Assembly (NCBI RefSeq): GCF_000143415.4
Contig: NW_003314287.1
Coordinates: 208,203-272,202 of the forward strand
DNA: 64,000 nt
Direction of reading: 5' to 3'
From: Selaginella moellendorffii
Taxonomy: Eukaryota > Plantae > Lycopodiophyta
The position numbers were made by a program, and so were the translations under genes. Positions 46,860 through 59,935 of the stretch are shown piece by piece (position 1 is the stretch's first letter; the number at the start of each line of letters is the position of its first letter). The notes below the pieces were generated by a model that searched no databases, was not told where the DNA came from, and was given only the letters and a program-made list of their open reading frames with translations.

Positions 46860-48520
46860 ATTCCATTAAATTTTCTGAATACCAGAGCAAACCTATAACT
46901 TAACTAATGTTTAAAAAATGATAGAAAAATTTAAATAGAAGTTTTTAGTACTATTAAATGATGAAAAAAATTAGAAATTAGAAATTAGAAATTTATTAGA
47001 AATATATTGCAATATATTTTGTTCTAATTCTTGGGTCATTTAAGTAACTAATATCTTTAAAAAATATTTTACTTAATTTATTTTTAATTATTTAATTTGT
47101 GATTAAATTCATTAGTAATTATTTTTAATATAAAATTATGATCTATATCTAATGCTATGATTGAATGTTTATAATGTTTGGATGATTTAAAATTTTGGTA
47201 TTAAATAAATCTTTTTTTTATGGCAACACCATTAAGATGTACTTCAACAAAATGAAAATATAAAATTAAATCCAAAGGGTTGTGTAGGCGGTATCAACTC
47301 TTTTGTCAACTAATTAATAAAAATCTTTAATAACTAAATTAAAAGTTTCTCTATAATGTTTTTTAAAAAAATTAAACAAACATATTGAATCTTAAAAAAA
47401 CACATAAGAGAACCTTCAAAGTATTTATCAACTATCTTTCACTATTTAATTAATAGATATATTTTATTGTAAAATTTATTTATTTTATTATATAAATACA
47501 AACTAAATTCTTATTTCATTAATAAAACTAAAAATAAATAAATTGTATCAATAAATTTATGTAATAATGGCCATCACCTTTGTTTTTACATAACTTGATG
47601 ATCAACTGTTGGCACTCAAATTTAAATTTAGGCAATGTCTTAAATATTATAAAGAAAGATATAATTTTAAAAAAATATATTTATAAATATATAAATATAA
47701 AATTAAAAAAATAGATTTATTTTTAAAATATTGGAACAAACCATAATCATAAGGTACAAAAATAATGGGAATATAATAAAATTAAATACTAATAAACTCA
47801 AAAATAGATAGATAATTATAAATATAAATCTAATTTAAAAGATATTTATTAATAAAATTAAAATAAAAAAAATATTTAATAAAATTTTTTAATATAGAGA
47901 GAAATATATATTATAAATTTTTTTTTCAATATTTTCTTAGACACTTATAAAGCATAGTAGCTAGGAGAACTTTATAATTATGAATCATAAATATTTAATG
48001 TAAATTTTATCAAAATAATAATTTTTAAGACATTCATCCTCTTTACCCGTTTTATGAAGAAAAAAGTTTGAAGTATTAGGGCAAAGATGAGAAAGAAAGA
48101 AAAATTAAGGAAAATATACTGTAAAAGAAAAAATGTGGAAAAATAAGTATGAAAAGAGGAATATTCAATAGTTGTTAAGGCAAAAGTGGGGAAATATGAA
48201 AAAATAAATATACTCAAAGAAAAGAAAATAAAGGATTTGCTATTATAAAATACTTTAGCCACCACAAAATAATTCAAAGAATCATCAAGCTCTTCAATAC
48301 ATAAATCAACACTTAAGATAAAACAATTAATAGAAAAATTCACACTTTCAAAAGAATATATAAACTCTTTAACAACAATAGTAAAACAAAGACTCTCAAT
48401 AACACTCACACCCAAAACTATTGACCTAACTATACTTAAAGCTAAAATTGATAAAAGATTTTGCCAAAGAAATAAAAGCAAGATTCTCAACTTCATATAC
48501 ATACTTAAAATCTAAATTTC
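46860..48520. other. Extremely AT-rich tract, probably a terminally decayed TE
   Basis: Visible near-absence of G and C. A K/N-rich gag-like ghost lies at 48050-48500 on the plus strand. Confidence 0.5.
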
Positions 48521-50641
48521 ATTCACTTTGTTTTGTTGATTGTTGCTATAATTGGTTCTGATAGATTGAATGTTATTACCTTTGGGTGATACATTTACGA
48601 GCATCTTGTTTGCTAGTCAATAATACTTTATGTTCTTTAGTTGTCTTTTGTAAGTTGTTTAGCATGCTATCTGAAATTTTTAATAGTTAAATTTTATCAT
48701 TGAGTTTTATTGATGATACATTAGCTATTGAATTTTGTTGGATAGTAAATCTTATGTTTTCCAATTATAGTGATCTTGGTGGGTTTTGTGCTGTAGTACT
48801 AGTTTATCAGATGATAACTTACTTGGAATACTTTTGTGTTCTAATCTAAGCTTTATTCACTGATAATTAAGTCTCTAAGATATCATTATCTCTGACTTTG
48901 ATATTGTCTATTTATTGATCTTTGAGTTTAAGCTAGTATAGACAGATTGGCTTTGGCACTTCAAGTGCATCTTGAAATCTTTAGTCATGGGGTAACTACT
49001 GTATATCACCTGCCTCTCTATCGATGTTCTTTATGTTGTTTAAAAGGGTGTGACCATGTAAACAACTCTAACTATCTGTTTACAGTAGTGTATCTAAACC
49101 TTACCAACGGGTTTGGTTTCTTTGCTCAAGAGGGTTAGAGCTTTTGGCTTCTTTCTTTATGTCTTTGTAGGCAGGGGCATATCACACTTTTGTAAGTTAG
49201 GTGACACTTAGAGCAATAAGATTGCTAACTCTATTAGTCATTTTCTTGTCGGCAATAGCTAGAATGTGTCTGGGTTGGTAGTGCATCCGTGTTAGACAAA
49301 AAAGTTACCCTAACTCATTTAAGTTAGTGCATTTCTCACATAGTGTGATCATCGTGAACTTTTTCTAGAGTTCTTTCCTTGCCAATGGTCTAGACTCGAG
49401 TATGCATCAATGAAGACGTTGATCTTCCCTAAGGGGGGGAGAGTGTATAAAAAGTTACCTGTTGGCTAATCCTTTTGGATATTCTTTCCTTACTGCCACA
49501 ACTACAGGAGGTTGGTATTGCTAGACCCAATATCAGTTCCCACTTGAGTTAGTTGAGAAACTGGTCAAAGACCATGCACTAAAATTGGATATATATAAAG
49601 TAGGATAGAGTTTCTTGTTGAGCATACTCAGCCTAGTTTGAAAAACTTGTGTCATTGGCTTGCATTTGTTAGTATCAAGAACCCTTGCGATATTAAGATT
49701 GGCCCCTCAATGATAACTTACTGTGTCTGCCAAACACTTTCGCTTATTATGCCCTTTGTGTTAGTCTCATTCTGGTCCCAAATGCTATTTATGGAAAGTG
49801 TTTAGATTTACTCATTTGGCATAGCTATGAAATGTAGAAATTGTCTTGAACACAATGGTGTTCGTCTTGTGTCCAAATTTGCAATCTAGAGACATTCCAT
49901 ATTTAGTAAGTTTTGAGCTTGTCCTAGAGAATAATGGTGTTCGTCCTGTGTCCAAAATCGCTATCTAAGGACATTCCATATTCAGTAAGTTTTGAGCTTG
50001 TCCCATCCCAGAGACTAACTCTCGGTACTAACGGTGGCTAAAGGTGAAAGCCCAAAGCATGTGTTCCTCATGGGGGCCGGGGGGGCAGGGGGATATAGAG
50101 GGTTCCAAATGTATAGTAAGGATAGTGGGTAGGTTGGGCATAGCTGACCAACCTAAGGCTTGGTTTAGCTCCCACTTGCGTGCCTGTCCTTGCTTTGTGT
50201 CCAGCTTGGTTCTAAACCCAAGTTTGATACTATGCTAGTTGGTGGAGTACCCATATCTTTACGCTAGGCCACTGGTATGCCGAAATAGCACTAGACTTCA
50301 TTTAGCTCCGTTTTACATGCTGGTCCTAGCATTGGGATGCTGGATGCTTTAGGACTATTCCAAGTTACTCTATACTCTTGTCCCTATGCTCCTTTGGTTG
50401 TATGCTCAAGAGTTGCTCTGTGCTCCGGTTCCATTACCTTAGGCTCCATGTTTGGGAATTTGGCTCTGTTCCTTCGTTTAGTGGCCCAAGGCCCTGAAAC
50501 TCGGGTTTTGCATTGTTGTCCTTACATGTGGCATATGGCACATGGTATGTGACACGTGGCAAATAGAGGGTTAAGTTTTGCTTCGTGGTTATCTTATGGT
50601 AAATCACCATAGGATAAAGGGTAAAAACCACATGTGCTACA
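48520..50641 (+). mobile_element. Family C 3' internal region, PPT and 3' LTR (49444-50641)
   Basis: PPT AAGGGGGGGAGAG precedes TGT at 49444 and the LTR ends GTGCTACA. Homologous to 24774-25405 and 33062-33555. Confidence 0.82.
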
Positions 50642-51088
50642 GTCTGAACCTCGGACTCCATCTCGAGTCTATCTTGGACTTCATCTCAAACTCCATCTTG
50701 GGTCCATCTCGAACTCTATCTTGGACTCCATCTCAAGTCCATCTCAGACTTCATCTCGGACTCCTTCTTGAGTCCATCTCAAACTCCTTCTCAGGTCCAT
50801 CTCAGGCTCCTTCTTGGGTCTATCTCGGACTCTTTCTCGGACTCCATCTTGGACTCCTTCTTAGACTCCATCTCAGACTCCATCTTGACACTTCCACATG
50901 TTATATATTGGTCCTCTTATGTCCCTTTTTTAGAGACTCACTTACTGCTTACTTCGTGCTTGTTCCTCGAGCACTTTATTTGGAGTTCCACTCCCACTCT
51001 CGATTATCTAAGTCAGAGCTTTTAATTCAAATGTGTTACACTCGTTTAGCTTTTGCTTCATCCACTACCACGTGGCACCCTTTTGATT
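50642..51088 (-). mobile_element. Family A LTR fragment, inverted
   Basis: Reverse complement of the A LTR 5' part and its minisatellite. Confidence 0.88.
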
Positions 51089-51099
51089 GTGGATAATAA

Positions 51100-54076
51100 G
51101 GACTCATGAAGGCATATCCCCAATTGAGATATCAAGACGTGAAATACCTCAATTGTAAATGTGGGACTATTATTCGAAAGAAATCTTTCTGGACAGGAAT
51201 GTTAGAACACCACTCCACGATTAAGGAGGAAGTATCTAGTAGTAGTTATAGATACACTAGCAAGAGCATTGACTTCCATATAATGAGTCAAGTAATTAAA
51301 AGTAATAATGATATACTCATTGCTAGTAATTGACTATAGAAAAGGCCCCATTAGATCAAATGCCACCAACTCAAATAAATGGGAAACTGCAATTGACTCC
51401 AACCATCCTTCCGCAATACGAGGGGGAGTATTACGAGCTTGGCATCAAACACAACTACACACATACTAGATAACATTATATTGCATCTCTAGCTAATAGA
51501 AAGACCTATGTAGCTTCTTGGTTGCATGACAATGTCCCATATACTTGTTTAAAATAAGAGAATTATAATAGGTGTGGAGAAAGTGTGAAATAAATATCGA
51601 AGGCACCACTAAAAGTAAATGATCATTAGGATCCTTCCCTATAAAATAAAAAAGACCATCCTCAAGATGATATTGAGAATGTAAATGCCAAAATGGCAAG
51701 TCATCAATAAGTGATGTAAGATTCTCAAATCCATTAAAAAGCCTTCAAATACATAGCTCAATCTTTTGAACTTTACGAACCTCATCAAGAGAAGGTAAAT
51801 TTTGCTTTGACGTTGTGGACATTGAATGTTAAGTACAACAACTACTAATAACACGAAATCCTTGTCCAAAAAATCCACAGATGCTAGAACGACAGGCTCT
51901 ACAAAAATATGAGAAGAGAGTGAAGAAGGAAGAGGAGCTCGAGAAAGGGTATCAGCATTAGCCATAAAACACCCTAGGTGATGAATAACATCAAATTATG
52001 TATTTGAAACTTTAAAGCCCACCAAAGTTCTTCCACTTCAATAATGAAGTAACTATAACATGATCACCTTCTAGTAATGTCCAAGAACCATGTAGATATG
52101 CATGAAGTTTCTTGAAACTCCAAATTATTGCTAAACACTCTTTCTCTATTGTGGAGTAGTTCACCTCTATTGATTGTACTGTACGGCTGATATATGCAAT
52201 AGGATAATACTGATAAAGCACACTCGGCCTCTCTTGCATCAATACACTTCCAAGATTGATATCAAAAGCATTCATGCACAAAATGAAAGATTAAGTGTAG
52301 TCAGGATATACCAAAACTAGAGGAGTTGTCAATAGCTTTATAAGATCTATAAACGCCCGCTTGCAAACTAGATGAAAAATGATGTTTACAACTTTAGTAA
52401 CATTCGCAATAGTGTAGTGTGATCAAAAAGATGATCAACAAAATGACTGAGATACTACACCTTGCCTAGGAAGTGATGCACATCATTCACATATTTTGGA
52501 GTAGAGAATTTTAGAACAGCCACAAGTTTGTCATGATTAACTTGCAAACCCTCATGATAAATATGGTACTTAAGATAAGTCATGTCCTTGGACCCAAACA
52601 CACACTTCAATTGCTTTAACTTTAAACCAACTTCCCATAGCCAATTCAACACTTTACGAATATCATGGATGTGTTCCTCCCACGTCCCTTTTGAGTAAAT
52701 CAAGACATCACCAATGAAATCAGCAATCACTTTCATTATATTGCAAAGAACTTTGTCTATCATTCATTGGAAAGTCATCGGAACATTGTTTAAAACAAAC
52801 AACATTCCTCACACTGCTAATCTCTTGGATTGTCTAGGGTGAAGTCATTGGTTTACTAAGTTAAATTTTACTTCTAGGTATTAGTAAGTGTCGATGGCCA
52901 AGGAAGATATTCCTAAGACTACTTTTTGTACACCATTTGGTTTGTACTAATTCTTGGTGAGAGGGTATACAAAACAAAACAACTGAGATATTGCACCTTG
53001 CTTAAGAAGCACTACAAATTATTTATACACTTTGGAGTAGGGAACTTGAAAATAGCTACAAGTTTGTCAATATCAACTTGCAAACCTTCACAAAAAATAT
53101 ACGACCTAAGATAAATAGTGTTCTTGGACCCAAATACACACTTTGATCATTTTAGTTTTAAACCAACTTCCCGCAACCGATCCAACACTTTACGAACATC
53201 ATGGATGTGTTCCTCCCATGTCCCTTTCGAGTCAATCAAGACACCATGCACTTCTAGTATATCGCAAAGAACCTCGTCCATTATTCGTTGGAAAGTTGCT
53301 GGAGCATTGTTTAAACCAAATGGCATTACCAAAAACATGTACAAACCAAATAGTGTACGAAAAGTAGTCTTAAGAATATTTTCTTTGGCCATCAGCACTT
53401 GCCAATACCCAAAAGCAAGATCTAACTTGGTGAACCAACGACTTCGCCGTAGATAATCCAAGAGATTAATAGTGTGAGGAAAAGGGTACACATCCGAGAT
53501 CGTCACTTCGTTTAATAGACAATAGTTGAGGTAAAAATGATTACTCCCATCAGGCTTCATCACAAAATGAGGTTCACACACTCAAAGACTCTGTTATTTT
53601 CAAATAACACCCTTTTCTAACATCTCCTTAACACTTATATGTAAAATTTTGATCTCTTTTGATGACCGACAATGAACAAGAACTTTGATTGAACGAACAT
53701 CCCTAGTTAGAATAGAATGACATATTGCAATCTTAGCCCCATATGACAGATCAAAATCAAAGAGATTGGTATACTCCTTCATGAGCCAACTAACCGCTGC
53801 AACACAAAGATTGTTAGAGGGATTGGAAGAGGGAATAGAGAAACAAGATAGAAATATAAGAGGAAGTAATGGGGAGAAAAAAGTGATGGAAGTAGAGGTA
53901 AAAGAAGAGGGTTAAAGAGGAACAAAAGTGAGGAATGGAAGAAATATAAAAAAGTATGAGACAAAGGTGAGAAGTCTCAAAGTCACATTTGGCACGATTG
54001 CATTGCAACCAATCCATACCAAAGATGAGGCTAAAAGCTTAACTTGGCACCACTTGCAATGACTGCAACTCAGCTC
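51100..54076 (-). mobile_element. Family F decayed gypsy pol (PR-RT-RH-INT); the protease continues at 59789-59835
   Basis: GMDWLQCNRAKCDF, WFTKLDLAFGYWQV...MPFGLNNAPATFQRIM, NYSTIEKECLAIIW, NADTLSRAP. VDLVVYVDDLE|LSCSH is continuous across the B2 insertion. Confidence 0.88.
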
Positions 54077-57000
54077 TGTCAGAAATCCCCCAATTCTTGC
54101 TACATTCCTGACTCTTGCCAGATTCTTGACCCACAAACTATATTCCTGACTCTTGAGACACTTCCCTATTCTTGACTCTCTGATTTCCTATATGATTCCT
54201 AAGTCTTGAACCACATTCCTAATGATGATGTGGTGCCTCCTCAACCTTAGCTATATTTAGGCCATCCTCGATCCAAGAGTGATGGAGCTTCATCAACCTA
54301 TAATATATATAGGTTAGCCTTATTCCATTTTTCCACAATCTGAATCAATAGCAGTCTAAGGCCTCTTCCTCGTTTCCACTAGCTTTTTTCTTTGTCTTCT
54401 GCATTTTCCAGTCTTGATCTTGTCGGGGGTCTTGACAGTTTGATTCAGATTGTGTTTATTTTGCTTTTGCTTTAGTTCATTTTGATTGTTTGACTGGCTT
54501 TGCCTTTTTTCCCCCTTTTCTTTCTTCTTTGCCGATGGAATTTCCAAGCCATCCTAATTTCTTTGCTGAAGTCCTTGCAAAAATCCAGTCTGAGAATACC
54601 GAGTTGAAGGTGACCCTTCTTCACATGCAACAGGAGCTTGCTTCACTTTCGGCTCAAGGATCAAGTAGAGTTCCTGAACCGAAGGTGAGTTTTCCGGTGA
54701 AGTTTTCAGGCAAGCATTCGAAGCTTCGCGGAATTTTGAACCAGATGGAGCTGATCTTTGCACTTCAACATTGGTGGTACCCCACTCTCGAGTCTCAAAT
54801 CGGCGCGATCGGGACGTTTCTCGAAGGTGCAGCTTTGTCATGGTTTTCTCCTCTCTTGGAGAAGAGCATGAAAGGGGTCGTGGTTCCGGAGTTGATGGAT
54901 CTTCAGTTGTTCAAAGAGAAGCTCGAAGCATGTTTTTGCAGTTCGGGCTGCCACCACAAAGATGAGACGTCTCTCTCAGGGGTCTCGTCTTGCCTCAATC
55001 TATGCTGTGGAGTTCCAACTCCTTGCCTTGGACACTCAGTGGGATGAGCAGGCCTTGATTGATCAATTTTGTTTCGGCCTCAACAATGGTGTCAAGGATT
55101 TGTTGCTCACTATGGAGGATCCCACGGACCTGTCGGACGCCATCAACAAAGCTATTCGATGCGACAATCGTCTCTTTAAATGTCGTTAGGAAAATCGTCG
55201 TGCCGCCATTTTCCTGTCCTAGACTCAGGAATCCCAACTTGAGTCTTCAGGGCATACTCCTGAACCTACTGCTCTAGTCCCGATGGATATTTCTGGTACT
55301 CCCCGACTCATCAGAGGGAAGTTGAGTCCTGCTGAGAAGCAACGTCAAATATCTCATAATCTTTGCCTCTACTGTGCTGATACTAATCACAAAGTAGTTG
55401 TGTGTCCCAAGAAGCCTCCCCGACTGCTCAAGTTCACTTTACCTCAAGGTCCACCTCTGTTACAATCAGGAAATGACCCGTCTAAGTAGAGTAGGAGCTG
55501 TCTATTTGGACTCCCCAAATAAAAATCATTTTTTCTTCTTTATCAAGCTCCTCACCACCTTTCATCAAAGCCACCACCAATTCCCGCAACTTTCACATCC
55601 ATGTCTCCTTTCTTTCACCGGACAATCAGGACTCAATGCTCTAGCACTACTGGACTCGGGTGCAACTTCTTGCTTCATGGACACAGACTTTGCAGCCTGA
55701 TATCATGTCCCTCTTTCTCCTACCATACGGGACTTGAGGGTTGAAGGCATCGGCAGGCATTTTGTGCCATCTTTTGGACTTAGGGAAACGTTGCTCGTTC
55801 GAGTACACATCAGGTCCACCGTCACCGATATCGCCTTCAACATCATCAATAGCAAGTCCTCTTTTGTGGTGCTCGGCCTTCCTTGGTTCCAACTACACCA
55901 ACCTCAGATCTGTTGGAAGGAATTACAACTCATCTCTCCCACGTCACCATCTCCCACGGCTTCCTTTGTTGTTCATCAGGTCCAAATCAGGAAAAGTTCC
56001 TTAAACTCAAATCGAGGTTCTATTCCTGACACTACAAAGTTTTCACCCTCTTCTTTTCCCTCTCTTCCATCTTACACTGGACAGTATCCTCGTCTCATCA
56101 TTCCATTCAGTCGTACACTTCCTCCTATCTCCACAATCACTATGAAAGAACTTCTTCATGAAGAACCTATTTTCCTTTTTGCTTTGCATGTTTCTCTTGT
56201 TAGTCTTCCTGAGAAGTATCATAATTTTGGGGATGTGTTTGACAAGAAAAAAGCTAGTGTACTGCCTGCTCATCGGCCTTACGATTGTCCCATTGATTTA
56301 CAGAAAGGAGCGTCACCTCCATGGGGGCCTATCTACGGGTTATCCCCGTCCAAGCTTAAGGCCCTCAAAGAGTATGTGGACGAGAACCTTGCTTCGGGGT
56401 ATAGTCAGCATTCGCAGTCCCCAGTTGGAGCGCCTGTCTTCTTTGTCAAGAAGAAGGATGGGAGTTTGCAGCTAATCATCGACTACCAAGATTTGAACAA
56501 GGTGACTGTGTGGAACCGTTATCTGCTGCCCCTGATCTCGGATCTGTTGGAACACCTCAGCGGTGCCCGCTTCTTCACCAAGATTGAGCTCCGTGGAGCA
56601 TACAACCTGATCTAGAACTCCCGTCTTGATCCATGCTGATCCCTCACAACCTTTCTTCATCGAGGCAGATGCCTCCGACTTTGCCATCGGTGCTATGTTG
56701 TCTCAACTCGAAGCGGATCAAGAATTTCATCTGGTCGCTTTCCATTCTCGGAAATTCCAGCCTGCAGAGATCAATTACGAAATCCACAACAAGGAGCTCC
56801 TTGCCATCATGGACTACTTTGGAGAGTGGTGAAGTTTCTTGGAGGGGGCAAGCCATCAAACAACGGTTTGGACAGATCACAAAAATCTCGAGTACTTTGC
56901 CACTTCCCGAGTTTTGACCCGTCATCAGGTAAAGTGGGCACAATTCATGAGTCGGTTTGACTTTGTTATCAGGTACAAACCTGGAAAGCTTCAAGGCCTT

Positions 57001-59788
57001 CCTGATGCTCTTTCAAGGTGCTTCTATTTCAATCTCAGGTCTAGTAATCCTGCCTTCGATCAACAGGATCAGGTTATCCTTGGTTCTGATCAGCTTTAAG
57101 TTATGGCAATTTCCCTAGCCCCTCAAGACTCCTACTTGATGGATGCGATCAAAAACAATCTTCAATCCAATGACCTCGCCAATGACATTTTCCCCCATCT
57201 TCAGGCTGGACACCTAATGAGTCTCGACTGCCGCCGATTTGAGGAGTTTGAGTTCTTAGATGGCTTGTTGTACCGTGAGGAGCAACTTTATATTCATGAA
57301 GGTGATGCTCGAAGGTTGGTCCTGATGGTGTGCCATGATAGCCTGACTACTGGTCACTTCGGCATTGCAAAAACCTATGAGCTAGTTGCACGGGACTTTT
57401 GGTTGCCTCACATGGACGACTACATCCCTTCATGTTTGCTTCATTCCTTCCCGGTCCCTTCAAGTCCTTGGGAATCCATCTCCATGGATTTCTTGAGTGA
57501 TTTTTTGAGTTCTGGAGGCTTCAACAATATTTTAGTTGTGGTGGATCACTTTATAAAGATGGCACACTTCTTGCCATGTACCAAGGAGTTTTTGGGCAAG
57601 GACATGGCAAAATTGGTATTCAGAGAAATTTTCCGACTTCATGGGATTCTTGCAGATGTGGTTTGGGATTGGGGACCTCAGTTCATCTCTCATTTCTGGC
57701 AACGATTCTTGCAACTGCTTGGAGTGAAGGCCAACCTCTCTTCGGCGTATCATCCTCAAATTAATGGACAGTCTGAGCAAATGATTCAGACGTTGGAACA
57801 ATTCCTGAGATGCTTCATCAACTATCATCAGGATGACTGGTTTGATATCCTTCCCCTTGCTGAGTTCTCCTATAACAACTTTGATCACTCCTCCCTTCGA
57901 GTTTTCCCCTTCTTTGCAAACTCTGGCCGAAATCTCTAATTCAATATCTCACTTCCTTCTCCATCCAAATCCTCTTGTTCAAATCCCCACTATGAGGCAT
58001 TTGTCTCCAACCTCTAGAAAATCAACAACTCCATCTCCTTCCACCTCCATCATGCTTGGGAAGTGCAATGTGATAAGTGATAGGATTAATGATGGCAGTG
58101 ATAGGGAAAGGACCGAGGCATTTGAAATCGAGTTTGGAACATGGCCTGGTGGTGGAGATATTTTGCCTGAGGAGCCAGACTTTATCCCTGATATTGTAGG
58201 GGGGACAATCCTGATGATGGACATTGGCAAATATTTTGTGAGATTCCTTCCTCATATCAAATTCACCCCATTTTTCACTCCTCTCTCCTTAAGCCTTTTT
58301 TTCCCAGTCATGTTCCAAATTGGGTCATTCCTCCGCCTCCACCAGTGAAACTCGAGGATGGGTTTGAGTACAAGGTTCAGGACATCCTTGATTCCAAGAT
58401 CTCAGGGTCTAAACTCTACTATCTGGAAGACTAGAAGGGTTACGGACCTAAGGAACGCACTTGGGAACTTGCAAACAACCTGATTCATTCTCCTGACCTT
58501 GTTCAGAACTTCCACCATTGCTATCCTTCTCGTCCCAGTCCTCATTCTTTTCATTCTCCATCTCCCATCCCTCGCTGCCCATCTCATCCTCCTCTTCGTT
58601 CTCATTCACGTCCTCGTTCCACTCGTTCTTGAGGAGGGGGTGCTGTCAGGAATCCCCCAATTCTTGCCACATTCCTGACTCTCGCCAGATTCCTAACCCG
58701 CAGACCATATCCCTGACTCTCGAGACACTTTGCTATTCCTGACACTCGAGACACTTCCCTATTCCTGACTCTCGAGACACTTTGAGACACTTCACGGAGT
58801 CTGGCACAATTTTGGCATACCGGTGGCCTAATGCGAGGAGGAGGGTACCCCACCAACTAGAGCAGCATAAAGCTTGGGCTTAGACCCAAACTGGATGTAG
58901 AACAAGGAGTGACACAACCCAGGGGGAGCCAAACTAATGTCTTAGGTGGTCGGATATGCAATCCAACCATTATCCCTATTATACATTTGGAACCCCCACA
59001 GCCCCCCCCCGCCCCCCCCCTCCTGAGGAACACACGCTTTGGGCTTTCACCCCAAACTTCCCTTAGTATTAGGAGTTAGACAATTTCTACATTTTGTAGA
59101 TATGCCAAATAAGTAAATCTAGACACTTTCCATAAATAGCATTTGGGACCAAAATAAGACCAACACAAAGGGCATGTTAGCGAGGGTGTTTGGCAAGCAT
59201 GGTAAGCTATCATCTAGCGATATTGAGAGATCAGTCTCAATATGCGAGGGTTCTTGTCACTAGCCAATGCAAGACAAAACGAGATGGGAACTCTTTATTA
59301 GGCTAAGTATGTTTAGCTAATAGCATGTAATTCTGTCCTTATGCTCGTTTAGTCTAAGTACACTCGAAATGCCCAGTTAACTCCACTAGCACAAGAGGGG
59401 CTATTAAAGGGATCCAACTGTATCGATCTCCTGCCGTCATGGCAGTAAGGAAAGAGTGTCTGTAAGGACTAGCCAACAAGTATCTTTCAATACTCGAAGT
59501 CACATTTGCGACACTCGAGACACTTTCCTATTCTTGACTCTCTGATTTCCCATACGATTCCTGAGTTTCGAACCACATTCTTGATGATGACATGGCACCT
59601 CCTCGACCTCAGCTATATTTAGGCCATCCTTGATCCAAGAGTGGTGGAGCTTCATCAACCTATAGTATATATAGGTTAGCCTTGTTCCATTTCTCCACAT
59701 GGCAGTCTAAGGCCTCTTCCTCGTTTCCACTAGCTTTTCTCTTTGTCTTTTGCATTTTCCAATCTTGATTTTGTCAGGGGTCTTGACA
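54077..59788 (+). mobile_element. Family B copy 2, defective
   Basis: 5' LTR 54077-54437; 3' LTR 58644-59788, interrupted. TSD AGCTC at 54072-54076 and 59789-59793. gag and pol have stops, an RT deletion at ~56615 and an inversion at 58060-58247. Confidence 0.95.
58793..59513 (-). mobile_element. Truncated family C LTR inserted in the B2 3' LTR
   Basis: Matches 25090-25395 and 33140-33573, and ends in the same GTCACATTTGCGACA terminus. Confidence 0.85.
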
Positions 59789-59935
59789 AGCTCGAGATCA
59801 TCTACATACACAACTAAGTCCACCTTATCCCGTGCATATGCGAATGTACAGCCATACACACATATGTGTGTGTATATGTCCAGGGCATATATCCATGCAT
59901 ATATCCACACATATGTCTAGGAAAAGCTATAAGAA

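Noticed and set aside
47978-48502. 174-aa hydrophobic membrane or mitochondrial-like ORF
   Set aside because: It is the antisense of A-rich decayed sequence and has no recognisable motif.
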